Virus record (IMG/VR): IMGVR_UViG_3300017752_000012
Coordinates: 1 to 57,647 of that record
Source: a virus
Lineage: Duplodnaviria > Caudoviricetes
Direction: 5' to 3' (one strand)
Length of the DNA: 57,647 bases
The notes beneath the pieces were generated by a model. That model was not told the DNA's origin. It did no database searches and worked only from the letters and a program-made list of their open reading frames with translations. Positions 25,409 through 36,268 of the stretch are shown piece by piece; position 1 is the first letter of the stretch; each line of letters starts with the position of its first letter. The position numbers and the translations under genes are program-made.

Positions 25409-28400
25409 TGTCAGAAAGAAATATATCATCAGATCTTAAAACTTTTTTAAAAGAAAATAAACCCTATACTATTGCTCATCTTATAAAATTTGAAAGACCA
25501 AACAATCTTTCAACGTTTTCCACTGAGAAACTTAGAAACGCCTCAGATTATGTCTATATGACCGATGCGGGAAGAGATATTACTTTTGACGATGGAAGCC
25601 TTTCCCATATTAATAATTTTACTTTTAAACAATTTGATAGTTATCCAGGTTCTTTGGCTTCAAATCCTTATACCTATACAGCCAACGGACCTCAAACCTA
25701 TGTAGCAAAGAGAATACAGTCTGTAGGAGCTGTAAATGAAGGTATAGAAGCAAAGGCTTCAAGCATGTCTATAAAACTTGATGCTAATGCTTTAAGCCCT
25801 CAAATTTATATCCCTAGTTTTTTCTACAATTCGTCAGGTTATTTTGAAACTGATATTGATTTATCTGATAGAGGCTTTACAATAGGCGATAAGATAAGCG
25901 TTTCACAAAGAGGACAAGATAATGGTACATTTATAATAACCAGATTTACTGCAGGAGGACATTCTGATCATCCTAATCGTGTATATGTAGAGGTTGTTGA
26001 TGTAGATAATACTCTGTCAAGTGGTACTACTCGATCCAATACCTTTATAACTTTAGTTTCGGAAGAACTAAATACTATTTTTAGAGGCAGTAAAGATGTA
26101 GTTACGTCTAATTATGTGAATAGAGAAGTAACCATTTATAGATTGTATATAGATCCGCAAACGAATGAAATTGTAGGCGGTATCCCCGGTTTTTATGATA
26201 ATGTATATGATAGTAAAGGTAGCTGTCTTCTTTTTAAAGGTATAATTACAAATGCTTCTTTTAATGAAGCTCCGGGGTCAAGTTCTTCAATTTCATGGAC
26301 TATTTCTAGTCATTGGGGTTTCTTTAATCAAGTAACTGGAAGGGTAACATCAGATTCGGAACACAGAGCCTTAACAGATACAGGAGTTTCGGATAGAGAT
26401 GTTATCCTAAGACAGGCTTATGCAGAAGATTTGGGTTTTGAACATTCTGAAAGATCAATTAATCTTATTGCAACCTATAATAAAGAAATTACTAAACATC
26501 GTATCAAAAAAGAAAAAAATGCTATAGGTATTACCACTGACTACTCTATGGAGGAGTATACCGACTATGTACCTACTGATATCGACTTAAGTCTGAATCT
26601 ATCGGCTAAGTCCTTACCTGTTATTTATGGAGTCAGAAAAGTAGATTCTATACCTGTATTTTTTGATAATCAAAAAAGTAAAACAGACCATCTTTATGCG
26701 GCTTTTGCGATTTGTGAAGGACCTATAGGTGGTTTGTATGATATAATACTAGACGGTAAAAGCACTATTTGTTCAGACGCTGCTGATTTTTCCGCAAGAT
26801 CAGAACAAAACGAAAATAATACTGTGGATGTATTGTGCCAAGGTAGAGCAGATAAAGGGGATGTTTTAGTAGGTACAAATACTGATCAAGGTGCAGCAAA
26901 ATATGTAGCCAATGTATATGATTACGATGGTCTTTCTAGTACTGATCTTGTCGGTTTGATAGGTTTTGAAAACACACCCTACTACGAGCAAATAACAGCC
27001 AGTTCCACCATCGGCTCTACAGGTTCCACAGGTATTCTACATGAAAAAGGATTTGCTTTTACCGATCCAATTAATTCTACATTTATTTTTCATTCGGGAA
27101 AACCTTTTCAAAGAGCTGACTATCTACTTATGTCTACTGCTGCTAAACAACTTTTTAAAATTCAAAATGACTTTTACAGTAAATTACCACATAAATACTA
27201 TACAAGTAACCACAGACTTTTAGATACAGCTTACTGCTCTGCAGAGTTTATTGTTGGGAATGGAGAGATAAAACTGCCCAAACTTAATTTTGTAGTAAAA
27301 GGAAAAGCAATAAACTGCCATAACTATGATGGTAGCTTTAGAATGACGGACAATGCTTCTAATTTTAGTCCTGCCAATACTTTAAAATTTTATGTAGGTG
27401 AAATGGTAAGTCATGGAAGCTCAACTGCAAGAATTGTTGATAAGTTCTTTGTACAAAACGAAGAAGGCCAATTAGAAACTAGAATTATAACGGATCCTCC
27501 TCTAAACCCCGCTATAGGAGGTAGCAATGGCCTAAATGACACAAAATTTCAAATTACTACGAGCAGTGGAGGAAGTTTAGAGTATTATAATACTTCAGGA
27601 AAATCTGTAGTATGGGGGACACTAAATAAAAATGCAGCATTCTCGAATGATGTAACTAGTTGGGTCCCTCTGTCTGGTAGTGGCTCTTCTTTTGAAATAC
27701 TGATTAATCCAGGTGATACAAACTGGAATAACACTCAATGGACTGCATCGGATATACTAACAATATTACAAAGAACAAACTCTAAGGGTGAATATATAGC
27801 TCGACTAGGTCTCGGACAACTACTTTATGGTTTACAGGACAGCAGCACCGCTTTGTTGCATCAATATAGTGATATAAATACTTATCATAATTTATACTAT
27901 ACAAATGTGGCGCAGGGAAGTAATTCTTCTTACCCAACAGGTATTAGTGTAACAGGTTTTGAAGGTGCTTCTCTTAATTCTGCAAATATAGATGCTTCTG
28001 TACTAAACACTACTTTCATTAAAAATGGTATTAGATTAAGTTTAACAAATGCTAATAGTACTGGCTTTAACCATACTAATATTAATGGCTCTATTTTTGT
28101 AGGGCAAAAAATAAAGCTATACGCATATTCTAACGCTGCTATGGATATAGTTGAGGCACCTTACGTACAGGAACGAACAATTATAGATGCAGTTAGGTTG
28201 AACGCCCAGACAAATGACTACTTTTTCTTTGTTGACCAAGCTTGGGATGTAGGTTATCTTCCTACACAGAATCCAACAGGTGATCCAGGTGCATTACAAT
28301 TTAAAATAGAGATATGTACTCCAGAAGACTTAAGGGTTAGTATAAACCCTAGTATGCAACTTTTAGACTACTTGCAATCAAGCAAATACGGTAAAGGTCT

Positions 28401-31400
28401 AGAAGAGTCTGAATTAGATATAAATAGCTTTAAAGAGTCTGCTTTAAAATGCGATACTCGCTCTGATGTAACAGTAATAATAGATCCAACTACTTTTTCT
28501 TATACTGTTGTTCCAACTGTAGGCACACGCTGGGAGCTTGATACAGGAACCCAGTATTGGAGAGGTACTATTAGTAAAAGCATAGGTACTGTAATTACTA
28601 AAGGTTCAAATACTTATAATGCTTTTGCAGTTACTTTTACGGATTGTGTAGGAAAACTAGCAGTAAAGCATACAGGTATTCAAGTGCCTAAAGCGGGGCA
28701 GATAATATGGGATAACTCCGCAGGAGTAACTACTATAAAAATAGGTGCAGATAGTCTTGTAGAAACAGATGCAGAATTTAATGCGTTATCTGCACCTACA
28801 ACAGCAAACTATACTTTGACAGGATTAGACCCTAATGGTACAGACCCTACTACTATGAGATTAGATATAGGGACAATGGGTGTAGCTTCTGATGGTAATC
28901 CTATTGTTAAGGATATTGTAAAAAAACAAGGCTATGCTTCCCAGAGTTCGCCAGGTTCCAACAATTCTTTTATCAGCAATACAGTTGTTGAAAAATCGGG
29001 CTATAGTTTATATGATTCAGATAATGTTAAATATTTTAAATATTGTGGGTGGGATGATAATAGTCAACGAAATGTTACTAGACACCAGTTAAACCAACTT
29101 GTGGACACCTCTGGTACTGTACTTTCTAATGTTAATAATATGCTTAGACAGTTTAATGGAATATTAAGCTATAGAAATGGAAAATATACTCTAGACGTAA
29201 AATCAAAAGCTGATACTACTATTGCATCAGGCTTAAAAGTATATAGTGAAGATATAGTTGGTAGTATAAAAATAACTGATAAAGGCTCGAAAAGAACTTT
29301 TAACAGTGTTGATGCAAGTATTATCGATCCTTCTCAAAACTTTGAAGCAAGAAGTGTTAATTTCTTTAACTCTGACTACTTAAAAGAAGATGCAGGCGTA
29401 CCTAAAAAAGGCAGCTTTAGTACCCCTGATATAACTAACTACTATAATGCTAGAGTTAATATTAAGCAATTTTTGGATGAATCTAGATTTGGATTAGAGA
29501 TCTCGTTTGATATGAGACCTTCTGGGTTTTTAATTACTGCTGGGGAAATTATTGAATTAACTAATGAAAAATTTGGGTGGTACTCTAAGCTTTGGAGAGT
29601 GCTTTCTATAACTATGAAACCTAATGGGTTGGTTTCTGTAAAAGCAAAAGAGCATAATGATAGCTCGTATTTTGTGTCTACAGAACAAGTTACTCCAGGA
29701 GCTTTGATTGAGCAATCTGTCGGCTCTGTAGTGGCAAATGTAGGCTCCCCTGCTTTTCCCTATAATCTATCAGCATCACAATTAGCAACAGGTGGTATAG
29801 AATTAAACTGGTTAAATACTCCCGATTTTAATCCAGCAACACATGACATCGAAGTTTATAGGGTACAAGGTATTGCTGCACAAAATGTTCGTAAAACCAC
29901 TCTTACTGTTGACACTGCAGGAGCTACTAGAACCACGACCATACCTATTACTGCAGGGAGTCCTACAAATGAAAGCATAGGCATGACTGTAAGCGGTGTA
30001 GGTAAAACTATTACTGTCCCTTTGGCCGATTTACAAGCCGAAGATAAAGTTAAAATTTCAGTTTTGGGAACTAATACTGACTGGAATGTTATTGAAGGAT
30101 ATAGCACAGGTACTAACGAATATAGAATAGGCGATACTATAACTGTGCATTCTACAGGGGTTTCGGCATTGACAGGAACTGGACAAGTACAACTCTTAGA
30201 TAGAGAAGTAAAAATTGTAGGTATAAGTGCTCCTGGTGCCACAAGAACCATAACTGTAGATTCAAAAGTTAGTGTACAGGCAGGATCAGAAATAACATGC
30301 CATGCCCCTTTAATTGCTACAGTTAATTCTGGTACTACGTATATAGACCCTATTGTAGGAAATAATCAGGGTCAGATAACAAGATACTATTGGATTAGGT
30401 ACAAAGTAATTAAACCTGTTCAAAATGTGGCAGGAGCAGTAAACAAGCTAGTCTTCTCTGATTTCTTCCCCGCTTCGATGTCTGGTATATCTGGTGTAGG
30501 ACAGCTTGTTGATATTGATCAAAGACGTTCAATGTCATTATCTTTTTCTAACCCAAGAGAGTTCACTTACAATGAGCAAGGAACTAATATTGCTACTGTT
30601 AATCAGGTTCAATATCCGACTACTTGTGTAGTTACAGTTACCCCTGAAAATGTTCAGGGGAGTGTCAGTGTCTCTTTTCAAATAATAGATAGTTCGGGTA
30701 ATAATGTAGGAAGTCCTACTATTGATTCAGCCTCTCCTTATTCATTCACATATACTGCTCCTACAGGGGCTACTGCGGCGGACGGGTTTGATAAATTACC
30801 TCAAAGTTTAAAGATTATTGTAAGTGATGTAGTTCCAAACGGGACAACTTATACTGCAGAACAAACTATAGATTTTACAGCAAATAGATTGGTTGTCGGA
30901 GGTATTCCGGGAGTTGATGCAATAGATATAGACATGACTAACCCTTTACATACTTTTCCTATTGCTTTAGATGGAACAGTGGATGTTAGCGGTAGCGGTA
31001 CTAATATTCAAGTACTTGAGGGAGGTACTGCTCTTACTCTTGTAAACGGGCCCACTGTTGGAAACGGACAATACACCTTAGCTGTTAGCTCCTCAGTAGT
31101 GGGTGTAGGTACTATAACCGGAACAAATAGTACAACAGCCCTATATAGTGGAAGCACGACACTTTCTGGAACGGTTCAGGACGGAAAGGTAGTATTTACT
31201 GCTTCAGGCAATAGACTAGACGGAACTCCTTTTTCAAGAGTTTTCAACCAAACAGTAAATAGGATAGATACAAATCAGACTGTAGAGGTTAGCGTAGATG
31301 ATCAAGTTATAGACTATGATTCAAACGGAGCAAATGCTAACCCCTCGACTGTTACTGTTAGTGTAAAAACATATGGTATTGCTGCAGCTTATATAGACGT

Positions 31401-34400
31401 AATAGTTCTAGACTCTAACGCTACCGGTGTTAATACTTATAATATTTTAACAAATAAACTAGTCACTACCAGCAGTTCTGGATTTACCACCAATGGAACT
31501 GGTGATGGTGGAACTATCGATATAAATTTAGCAAATATCAATAATACTAATAGTGTCGTTAATTTGTCTGATATGCCTTTAAAAATTGAAGTTCGAGCGT
31601 ATGCTGGCAGTAATGCAAACGGTACTGAACCTGTTGTTTCAGCTGATAGAACAACAGTATTTGGTATTAGAAATGGTGTAAGTAGTTCTTTAGTATTTGC
31701 ATATAAAAGAAGTGCTGCCACTCCAAACGATAATCCTGGACAAGTTACTGTAAATTTAGGCACTGGTCAAATAACAACAGGTAGCCTAGCTAACTCCTGG
31801 GAAAAAGAGCCTCCCACAGGAGAAGGAAACCCTATTTACTATTGTGCAGCAACGGCAGCAGGTGTGGGAGCTACCGATACTGTTGCAGCAAATGAGTGGT
31901 CTACTCCAGTATTATTAGCTGCTTCCTCTAAAACAAATGTTGTAACTTCAAACTCTCTAGTATTTGCTAGAGCTAAAGACAACAGTCTTAGCCCTTCAGC
32001 AGTTACCATAACTGCCCAGACTCAAAATACTACCCAAGACGGGTCTTGGTCTACTAGTGCAGGGACTCTTACAAATATAGTAAATACACATACAGGCCCG
32101 TCTTGTACTGTCGCAAAAGCTAATTTTGTAGATGGAATGGTGGTAACTTATACTTTACATTCGGATGACGGAAGTATAGCAGATAGTGTTACTTTAAAAG
32201 AGATAGAAGATGGTAGTGGAGCTCTCGTAGTTTCATTACCTAATAATAATCACAACCTTCCTTCTAACTCGGGAGTTGTTACTAACTATACAGGCTCAGG
32301 CACAAATCTCAGAGTTTATCAAGGATCAACAGAGCTAACATTTACATCAGGCACTCCGACAAATGGCCAATATAATGTATCTGTAGGGAATACTGCAAAT
32401 ATCACAGAAGGCACCGCACAGGCTGATCCGGGAGGTGGCATATTTGCTAATATAACCGATCACTCCGCAGCTTCAAATAACCAGGATAGTTTTATTATAA
32501 CTTATACGGTTACAGGTAAAGACTTTTTAGGTAATTCTTTTACTACTACTGCGGATCAAAGTTTAACAAAAACTGCTGGAGGTTCTCAAACAGCAACAGC
32601 TTTTATATATCAAAGAAGTAGTACTAATAGTGCACCATCGTTACCTACAGGAACTACTACATTTAATTTTTCTACAGGCGGCATGACTTTTAATGGTAAT
32701 AATAATGGGTGGGATGATGATATACCAAGCACATCAGGAAGGTATTTATGGATTGCAAGAGCAACTGCAAATGCTCCTGGTACTCAAGTATCTGTAAATA
32801 TACCTGCAAATGCCTGGGGAAATGTAGAGTTACTAGCTCATGATCCCGAAGATTTTATTAATATTGCTCTAGATAACTCCTTTGCAGAAATTAGTCTGGA
32901 TTCAGATAATAATAGAGTTTTTGATGATACTGGTACCATATTATCTGTTGTGGAAGGTTCTAACTCTTTAACTGCCGTATCAGGTACTCCGACAAATGGC
33001 CAGTATAACGTAACAGGTACTACTTTTAGCGGGGGAGCCACCGAAGCGAGTGGTGCTACAATTTCTGGAGGCAATTATGTTGCCGCTGTATTAAATGGTA
33101 TAACTGATGATGTTGGTACTAGAGTCTTTTCTATTTCTGGTAAAAGAAATAATGGTGATGCATTTACAGCAAGTGCTACCCAAAAATTTAGAGTCACAGG
33201 TCTTGTAGGACGTTTTACATTTACTCCTGGATCTTTAGGATTTTTCATAAAATTCCCTGCGGAGGGGGATAGAGCAGAGGCAACTTCCCAAACTCTTACT
33301 ACTAGGCTCAGTAACTTTAACTTAGGTGATAATGCTACTTATCAGATACGAAGATCTATTATTGGTGGGCCTTTGAATGGTGTTCTTGGCAACCATACAG
33401 TAACTTCGGGAACATCTTCTAATGGTCAGAGTTATATTTTTCCTACTGCGTACGACGTATACCCTTTAGTTATACAATCGAAGTTAGTTAGAACAGACGG
33501 CGTTACAAGTGCTGAAACCACAATTGGTGTGGACCAAATAGTATTTCATGCAACCAGAGACGGAGAAAAAGGATTATCTCCTCCGGTTATTGCTTTATCT
33601 AATGAGACACATACCATCAGAAGGGACGAAAACTTTGATGCAGATCTTACAAACTCAGGAACAGATATTCAAGTACAGGAGGGCGGCTTCGCATTAGATT
33701 ATGTAGCTTCTAATCCTACAGCGGGTCAGTTCACTGTAACAGCTGTAGGTACTGGAGGAATTGTTCCGGGTTCAATTCAAGCAGCAGCTAATAATGGGAT
33801 GCTAGGACTTGCTAGCGGTAATTTGTTGCCGAATAGGATGCCCGAAGCTTTTGACCTACAAGACTTTGATAATGATGGATCTATTGATTCTTGGAAGTAT
33901 AGCTCAGCCATAAGTAATAATAGTAATAGTGTTATTGCCAATTCTGTTACTGCTCCTTTCTTTGTGCAGGGTGGTTCTGGAGGTGATACATTGCAAGCTC
34001 CTTCAGGAACTTCTTATGGGCAATATGCAATATTTGCGGAAAATTATCATAGTTTTACACTTTCCGCCACAACCCAGCATATTTTCTCAGTATATGCCAA
34101 ACAAGGGAGTGCTAGACATGTATATCTAAAGATAACCGGTGGACAATTCCAAAGCGCTAAAACATTTAAGGCTGTATTTGATCTAAATGGTACTAATGGT
34201 GCCATTCTATCACAAACTGAAGATGGATCAAATGTTACCAACCAAGCAACTATTACAGGTCTTGATGTTCATAATAATAACGCCGCTCTTCCTAATGGCT
34301 GGAAAAGAGTGAGTATGGCATTTACTATGCCTTCCTCGGCTGTTAACGATACAGGTGCCGGGGCTATAAAAGTAATGGTAGGTCTTACTGATGCTAATGG

Positions 34401-36051
34401 TACAGAAGTATTTGCCGCCAACGGTGTTGCTACAAATAATATAAATGCTTATTTCTGGGGAGCTAGAGTAGAAAATAAAACAAGTAGTGCAGCTCCAGAC
34501 AACTATGCTTCTCCAGTTAACTCTATTGCCAGAGTTTCTGATCATACAGAGGATAATAATGGATTTACCTCTAATACGCCTTTAGTAACATATGATGTTC
34601 AGGCTGTAGGTGTGGGAGGCGGTTATCTAGGTAATAATATTAAAGAACAAACTTTTTCTATTGTTAATCCTGCAACAACAATATCTATTGCTCCAAGTAG
34701 ATCGGCTGTTGATTTTGCATTCGATGGAACATTTACCCCAGCCACTATTACAATAGTCCCTACAGTCAAAGGAGTTAATACTACTGATGTACACTATAGA
34801 TGGCAAGAAAACGGAGGTTCTGTATCATATACTGCGGCGGGATCGCCTAATAAGACTATTACGGGATACTCTGCCTCCACTGATTTCCCTAAAACTATTA
34901 CTTGTGCGGTTTACTCAGGCACCACAAATGGAGCAGGTACTTTTCTAGCATCAGATACAACTGTTATTATTGCAGCTACGGAAGGTAAAACTGCAACTAT
35001 TTCAGCTAGTATGGCTAATCATATTTTAGATGCGAACGATTTAGGAGTTGTTTCTAACAATGATTTTTTAAATACTTTTAAAGTAGTCGTGGATGGAACA
35101 GAACTAACCTATAATGTAAATGGAGGTTCGGGTAAGTTTAGTCTTGGTACGATTACAACGGTTAATACTAATTATGGTTCGTTGGTACCCAATGCGGCAG
35201 GACAACTATCCCTAAATGCAAACTCAACCCTTCTTAGTAATGTTAATCACTTGCAACAATTTTGGACTGTACCTATCTTAGACGGGTCAGGAGCTACTTT
35301 AGGTATATATGTTATTAGCATAACAAAAAGATTAGGTACTAGAGCTGCTCAAATGCTAGAAGTTAATCAGAGCGCAAGTCTTACAGCCGTAGAGTGTGCA
35401 GAGTGGAGAACAAGCAGCAGTCTTACTCAGGGAGTAGCATCAGAAATTGCTTTATTAGCTGTAAGTGCAGCCTCAGACAATAAAGTACGTCCAGGAGACC
35501 AGATTAAGGTTAACTCTACCTCAGCAGGTAGTGGAATAAGAATCTATCAAAATTCAACTATAATAGATAGTAATACGGTAGGTAGTACGATTGCCGCCAA
35601 CTCTTTTAGTAGTCCGGTCGTTGAAGAAATAGATGGTAGCCTTCTTGTAGATGGTACTGTGTCTGCAGATGTTCTTACAACAGATACTATCTTTTCAAAT
35701 AGTATAAACTTGAATGAAAAACTTCAGATAGGCCACCCGAATGGCTTAGGCTCCACTAACGCAATATGTCAAATAAATACGGTAGGAAAAACCAACTTTG
35801 CGCAGAATGCAAATGGATTTTTCTTAGGTAAAAAGTCGGGTGGAACAGGGTTTGCTTTTGATGTGGGAGATAATACTAATTATCTACGATTTGATGCTGA
35901 TAATGGTACTTTTGAAATTTCTCAAACTACAGGTGATTTTGTACTGAGGTCTGGACCAACAAGTGGAGCGTCTTTAGAGATTAATAATGATAAAATAGTT
36001 ATTAGAGACTCCAGTGGTACAATAAGAGTTCAGTTAGGTAACTTATCATAA
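25408..36051 (+). CDS. Giant baseplate hub - central fibre protein (pb3/pb4-like fusion), 3547 aa
   Basis: N-terminal hub motifs (HLIKFE, LPVIYG, AICEGPI, NPSMQLLDYL..KYGKG), an FN3-like segment, repeated Ig-like modules, a CBM-like domain and a C-terminal IRVQLGNL. Confidence 0.85.
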   Translation: MSERNISSDLKTFLKENKPYTIAHLIKFERPNNLSTFSTEKLRNASDYVYMTDAGRDITFDDGSLSHINNFTFKQFDSYPGSLASNPYTYTANGPQTYVAKRIQSVGAVNEGIEAKASSMSIKLDANALSPQIYIPSFFYNSSGYFETDIDLSDRGFTIGDKISVSQRGQDNGTFIITRFTAGGHSDHPNRVYVEVVDVDNTLSSGTTRSNTFITLVSEELNTIFRGSKDVVTSNYVNREVTIYRLYIDPQTNEIVGGIPGFYDNVYDSKGSCLLFKGIITNASFNEAPGSSSSISWTISSHWGFFNQVTGRVTSDSEHRALTDTGVSDRDVILRQAYAEDLGFEHSERSINLIATYNKEITKHRIKKEKNAIGITTDYSMEEYTDYVPTDIDLSLNLSAKSLPVIYGVRKVDSIPVFFDNQKSKTDHLYAAFAICEGPIGGLYDIILDGKSTICSDAADFSARSEQNENNTVDVLCQGRADKGDVLVGTNTDQGAAKYVANVYDYDGLSSTDLVGLIGFENTPYYEQITASSTIGSTGSTGILHEKGFAFTDPINSTFIFHSGKPFQRADYLLMSTAAKQLFKIQNDFYSKLPHKYYTSNHRLLDTAYCSAEFIVGNGEIKLPKLNFVVKGKAINCHNYDGSFRMTDNASNFSPANTLKFYVGEMVSHGSSTARIVDKFFVQNEEGQLETRIITDPPLNPAIGGSNGLNDTKFQITTSSGGSLEYYNTSGKSVVWGTLNKNAAFSNDVTSWVPLSGSGSSFEILINPGDTNWNNTQWTASDILTILQRTNSKGEYIARLGLGQLLYGLQDSSTALLHQYSDINTYHNLYYTNVAQGSNSSYPTGISVTGFEGASLNSANIDASVLNTTFIKNGIRLSLTNANSTGFNHTNINGSIFVGQKIKLYAYSNAAMDIVEAPYVQERTIIDAVRLNAQTNDYFFFVDQAWDVGYLPTQNPTGDPGALQFKIEICTPEDLRVSINPSMQLLDYLQSSKYGKGLEESELDINSFKESALKCDTRSDVTVIIDPTTFSYTVVPTVGTRWELDTGTQYWRGTISKSIGTVITKGSNTYNAFAVTFTDCVGKLAVKHTGIQVPKAGQIIWDNSAGVTTIKIGADSLVETDAEFNALSAPTTANYTLTGLDPNGTDPTTMRLDIGTMGVASDGNPIVKDIVKKQGYASQSSPGSNNSFISNTVVEKSGYSLYDSDNVKYFKYCGWDDNSQRNVTRHQLNQLVDTSGTVLSNVNNMLRQFNGILSYRNGKYTLDVKSKADTTIASGLKVYSEDIVGSIKITDKGSKRTFNSVDASIIDPSQNFEARSVNFFNSDYLKEDAGVPKKGSFSTPDITNYYNARVNIKQFLDESRFGLEISFDMRPSGFLITAGEIIELTNEKFGWYSKLWRVLSITMKPNGLVSVKAKEHNDSSYFVSTEQVTPGALIEQSVGSVVANVGSPAFPYNLSASQLATGGIELNWLNTPDFNPATHDIEVYRVQGIAAQNVRKTTLTVDTAGATRTTTIPITAGSPTNESIGMTVSGVGKTITVPLADLQAEDKVKISVLGTNTDWNVIEGYSTGTNEYRIGDTITVHSTGVSALTGTGQVQLLDREVKIVGISAPGATRTITVDSKVSVQAGSEITCHAPLIATVNSGTTYIDPIVGNNQGQITRYYWIRYKVIKPVQNVAGAVNKLVFSDFFPASMSGISGVGQLVDIDQRRSMSLSFSNPREFTYNEQGTNIATVNQVQYPTTCVVTVTPENVQGSVSVSFQIIDSSGNNVGSPTIDSASPYSFTYTAPTGATAADGFDKLPQSLKIIVSDVVPNGTTYTAEQTIDFTANRLVVGGIPGVDAIDIDMTNPLHTFPIALDGTVDVSGSGTNIQVLEGGTALTLVNGPTVGNGQYTLAVSSSVVGVGTITGTNSTTALYSGSTTLSGTVQDGKVVFTASGNRLDGTPFSRVFNQTVNRIDTNQTVEVSVDDQVIDYDSNGANANPSTVTVSVKTYGIAAAYIDVIVLDSNATGVNTYNILTNKLVTTSSSGFTTNGTGDGGTIDINLANINNTNSVVNLSDMPLKIEVRAYAGSNANGTEPVVSADRTTVFGIRNGVSSSLVFAYKRSAATPNDNPGQVTVNLGTGQITTGSLANSWEKEPPTGEGNPIYYCAATAAGVGATDTVAANEWSTPVLLAASSKTNVVTSNSLVFARAKDNSLSPSAVTITAQTQNTTQDGSWSTSAGTLTNIVNTHTGPSCTVAKANFVDGMVVTYTLHSDDGSIADSVTLKEIEDGSGALVVSLPNNNHNLPSNSGVVTNYTGSGTNLRVYQGSTELTFTSGTPTNGQYNVSVGNTANITEGTAQADPGGGIFANITDHSAASNNQDSFIITYTVTGKDFLGNSFTTTADQSLTKTAGGSQTATAFIYQRSSTNSAPSLPTGTTTFNFSTGGMTFNGNNNGWDDDIPSTSGRYLWIARATANAPGTQVSVNIPANAWGNVELLAHDPEDFINIALDNSFAEISLDSDNNRVFDDTGTILSVVEGSNSLTAVSGTPTNGQYNVTGTTFSGGATEASGATISGGNYVAAVLNGITDDVGTRVFSISGKRNNGDAFTASATQKFRVTGLVGRFTFTPGSLGFFIKFPAEGDRAEATSQTLTTRLSNFNLGDNATYQIRRSIIGGPLNGVLGNHTVTSGTSSNGQSYIFPTAYDVYPLVIQSKLVRTDGVTSAETTIGVDQIVFHATRDGEKGLSPPVIALSNETHTIRRDENFDADLTNSGTDIQVQEGGFALDYVASNPTAGQFTVTAVGTGGIVPGSIQAAANNGMLGLASGNLLPNRMPEAFDLQDFDNDGSIDSWKYSSAISNNSNSVIANSVTAPFFVQGGSGGDTLQAPSGTSYGQYAIFAENYHSFTLSATTQHIFSVYAKQGSARHVYLKITGGQFQSAKTFKAVFDLNGTNGAILSQTEDGSNVTNQATITGLDVHNNNAALPNGWKRVSMAFTMPSSAVNDTGAGAIKVMVGLTDANGTEVFAANGVATNNINAYFWGARVENKTSSAAPDNYASPVNSIARVSDHTEDNNGFTSNTPLVTYDVQAVGVGGGYLGNNIKEQTFSIVNPATTISIAPSRSAVDFAFDGTFTPATITIVPTVKGVNTTDVHYRWQENGGSVSYTAAGSPNKTITGYSASTDFPKTITCAVYSGTTNGAGTFLASDTTVIIAATEGKTATISASMANHILDANDLGVVSNNDFLNTFKVVVDGTELTYNVNGGSGKFSLGTITTVNTNYGSLVPNAAGQLSLNANSTLLSNVNHLQQFWTVPILDGSGATLGIYVISITKRLGTRAAQMLEVNQSASLTAVECAEWRTSSSLTQGVASEIALLAVSAASDNKVRPGDQIKVNSTSAGSGIRIYQNSTIIDSNTVGSTIAANSFSSPVVEEIDGSLLVDGTVSADVLTTDTIFSNSINLNEKLQIGHPNGLGSTNAICQINTVGKTNFAQNANGFFLGKKSGGTGFAFDVGDNTNYLRFDADNGTFEISQTTGDFVLRSGPTSGASLEINNDKIVIRDSSGTIRVQLGNLS
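32346..33012 (+). repeat. 34-nt imperfect direct repeat (32346-32379 and 32979-33012) encoding SGTPTNGQYNV
   Basis: ATCAGGCACTCCGACAAATGGCCAATATAATGTA vs ATCAGGTACTCCGACAAATGGCCAGTATAACGTA, with 3 synonymous mismatches. Confidence 0.8.
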
Positions 36052-36081
36052 AAAAGGGGGCTTATGCCCCCTCCTCTTTTT
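36050..36081. terminator. Terminator at the convergence of late and replication modules (strongest on the - strand)
   Basis: AAAAAA-GGGGGC-TTAT-GCCCCC-TCCTCTTTTT. Overlaps the stop of the converging ORF. Confidence 0.75.
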
Positions 36082-36268
36082 CTTCTTCTCCAAGTTCTAC
36101 TTCTAGAAGCTCGTTAAAGGCTTTATTAGATAACTCTAGCCTATCTATTTTGCATCTTTCTTTGTATAACTCATCTTGAATATAGTTAATTTGAGTTATA
36201 AAATATTTTGCTCTTTCAGAAACTGTTTCTGTATCATATGCCTTATCTTTGAATGTAAACTCTGTCAT
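36062..36268 (-). CDS. Small acidic coiled-coil protein (DUF6447-like)
   Basis: FTF.DK.YD.ETVSERAK...Q...I...L pattern. ATGA-coupled to nrdB. Confidence 0.55.
   Translation of the reverse strand: MTEFTFKDKAYDTETVSERAKYFITQINYIQDELYKERCKIDRLELSNKAFNELLEVELGEEEKEEGA

Noticed and set aside
32346-33012. Repeat pair considered as a diversity-generating retroelement TR/VR
   Set aside because: Only 34 nt long, both copies are coding, mismatches are synonymous and not adenine-specific, and there is no reverse transcriptase in the window.
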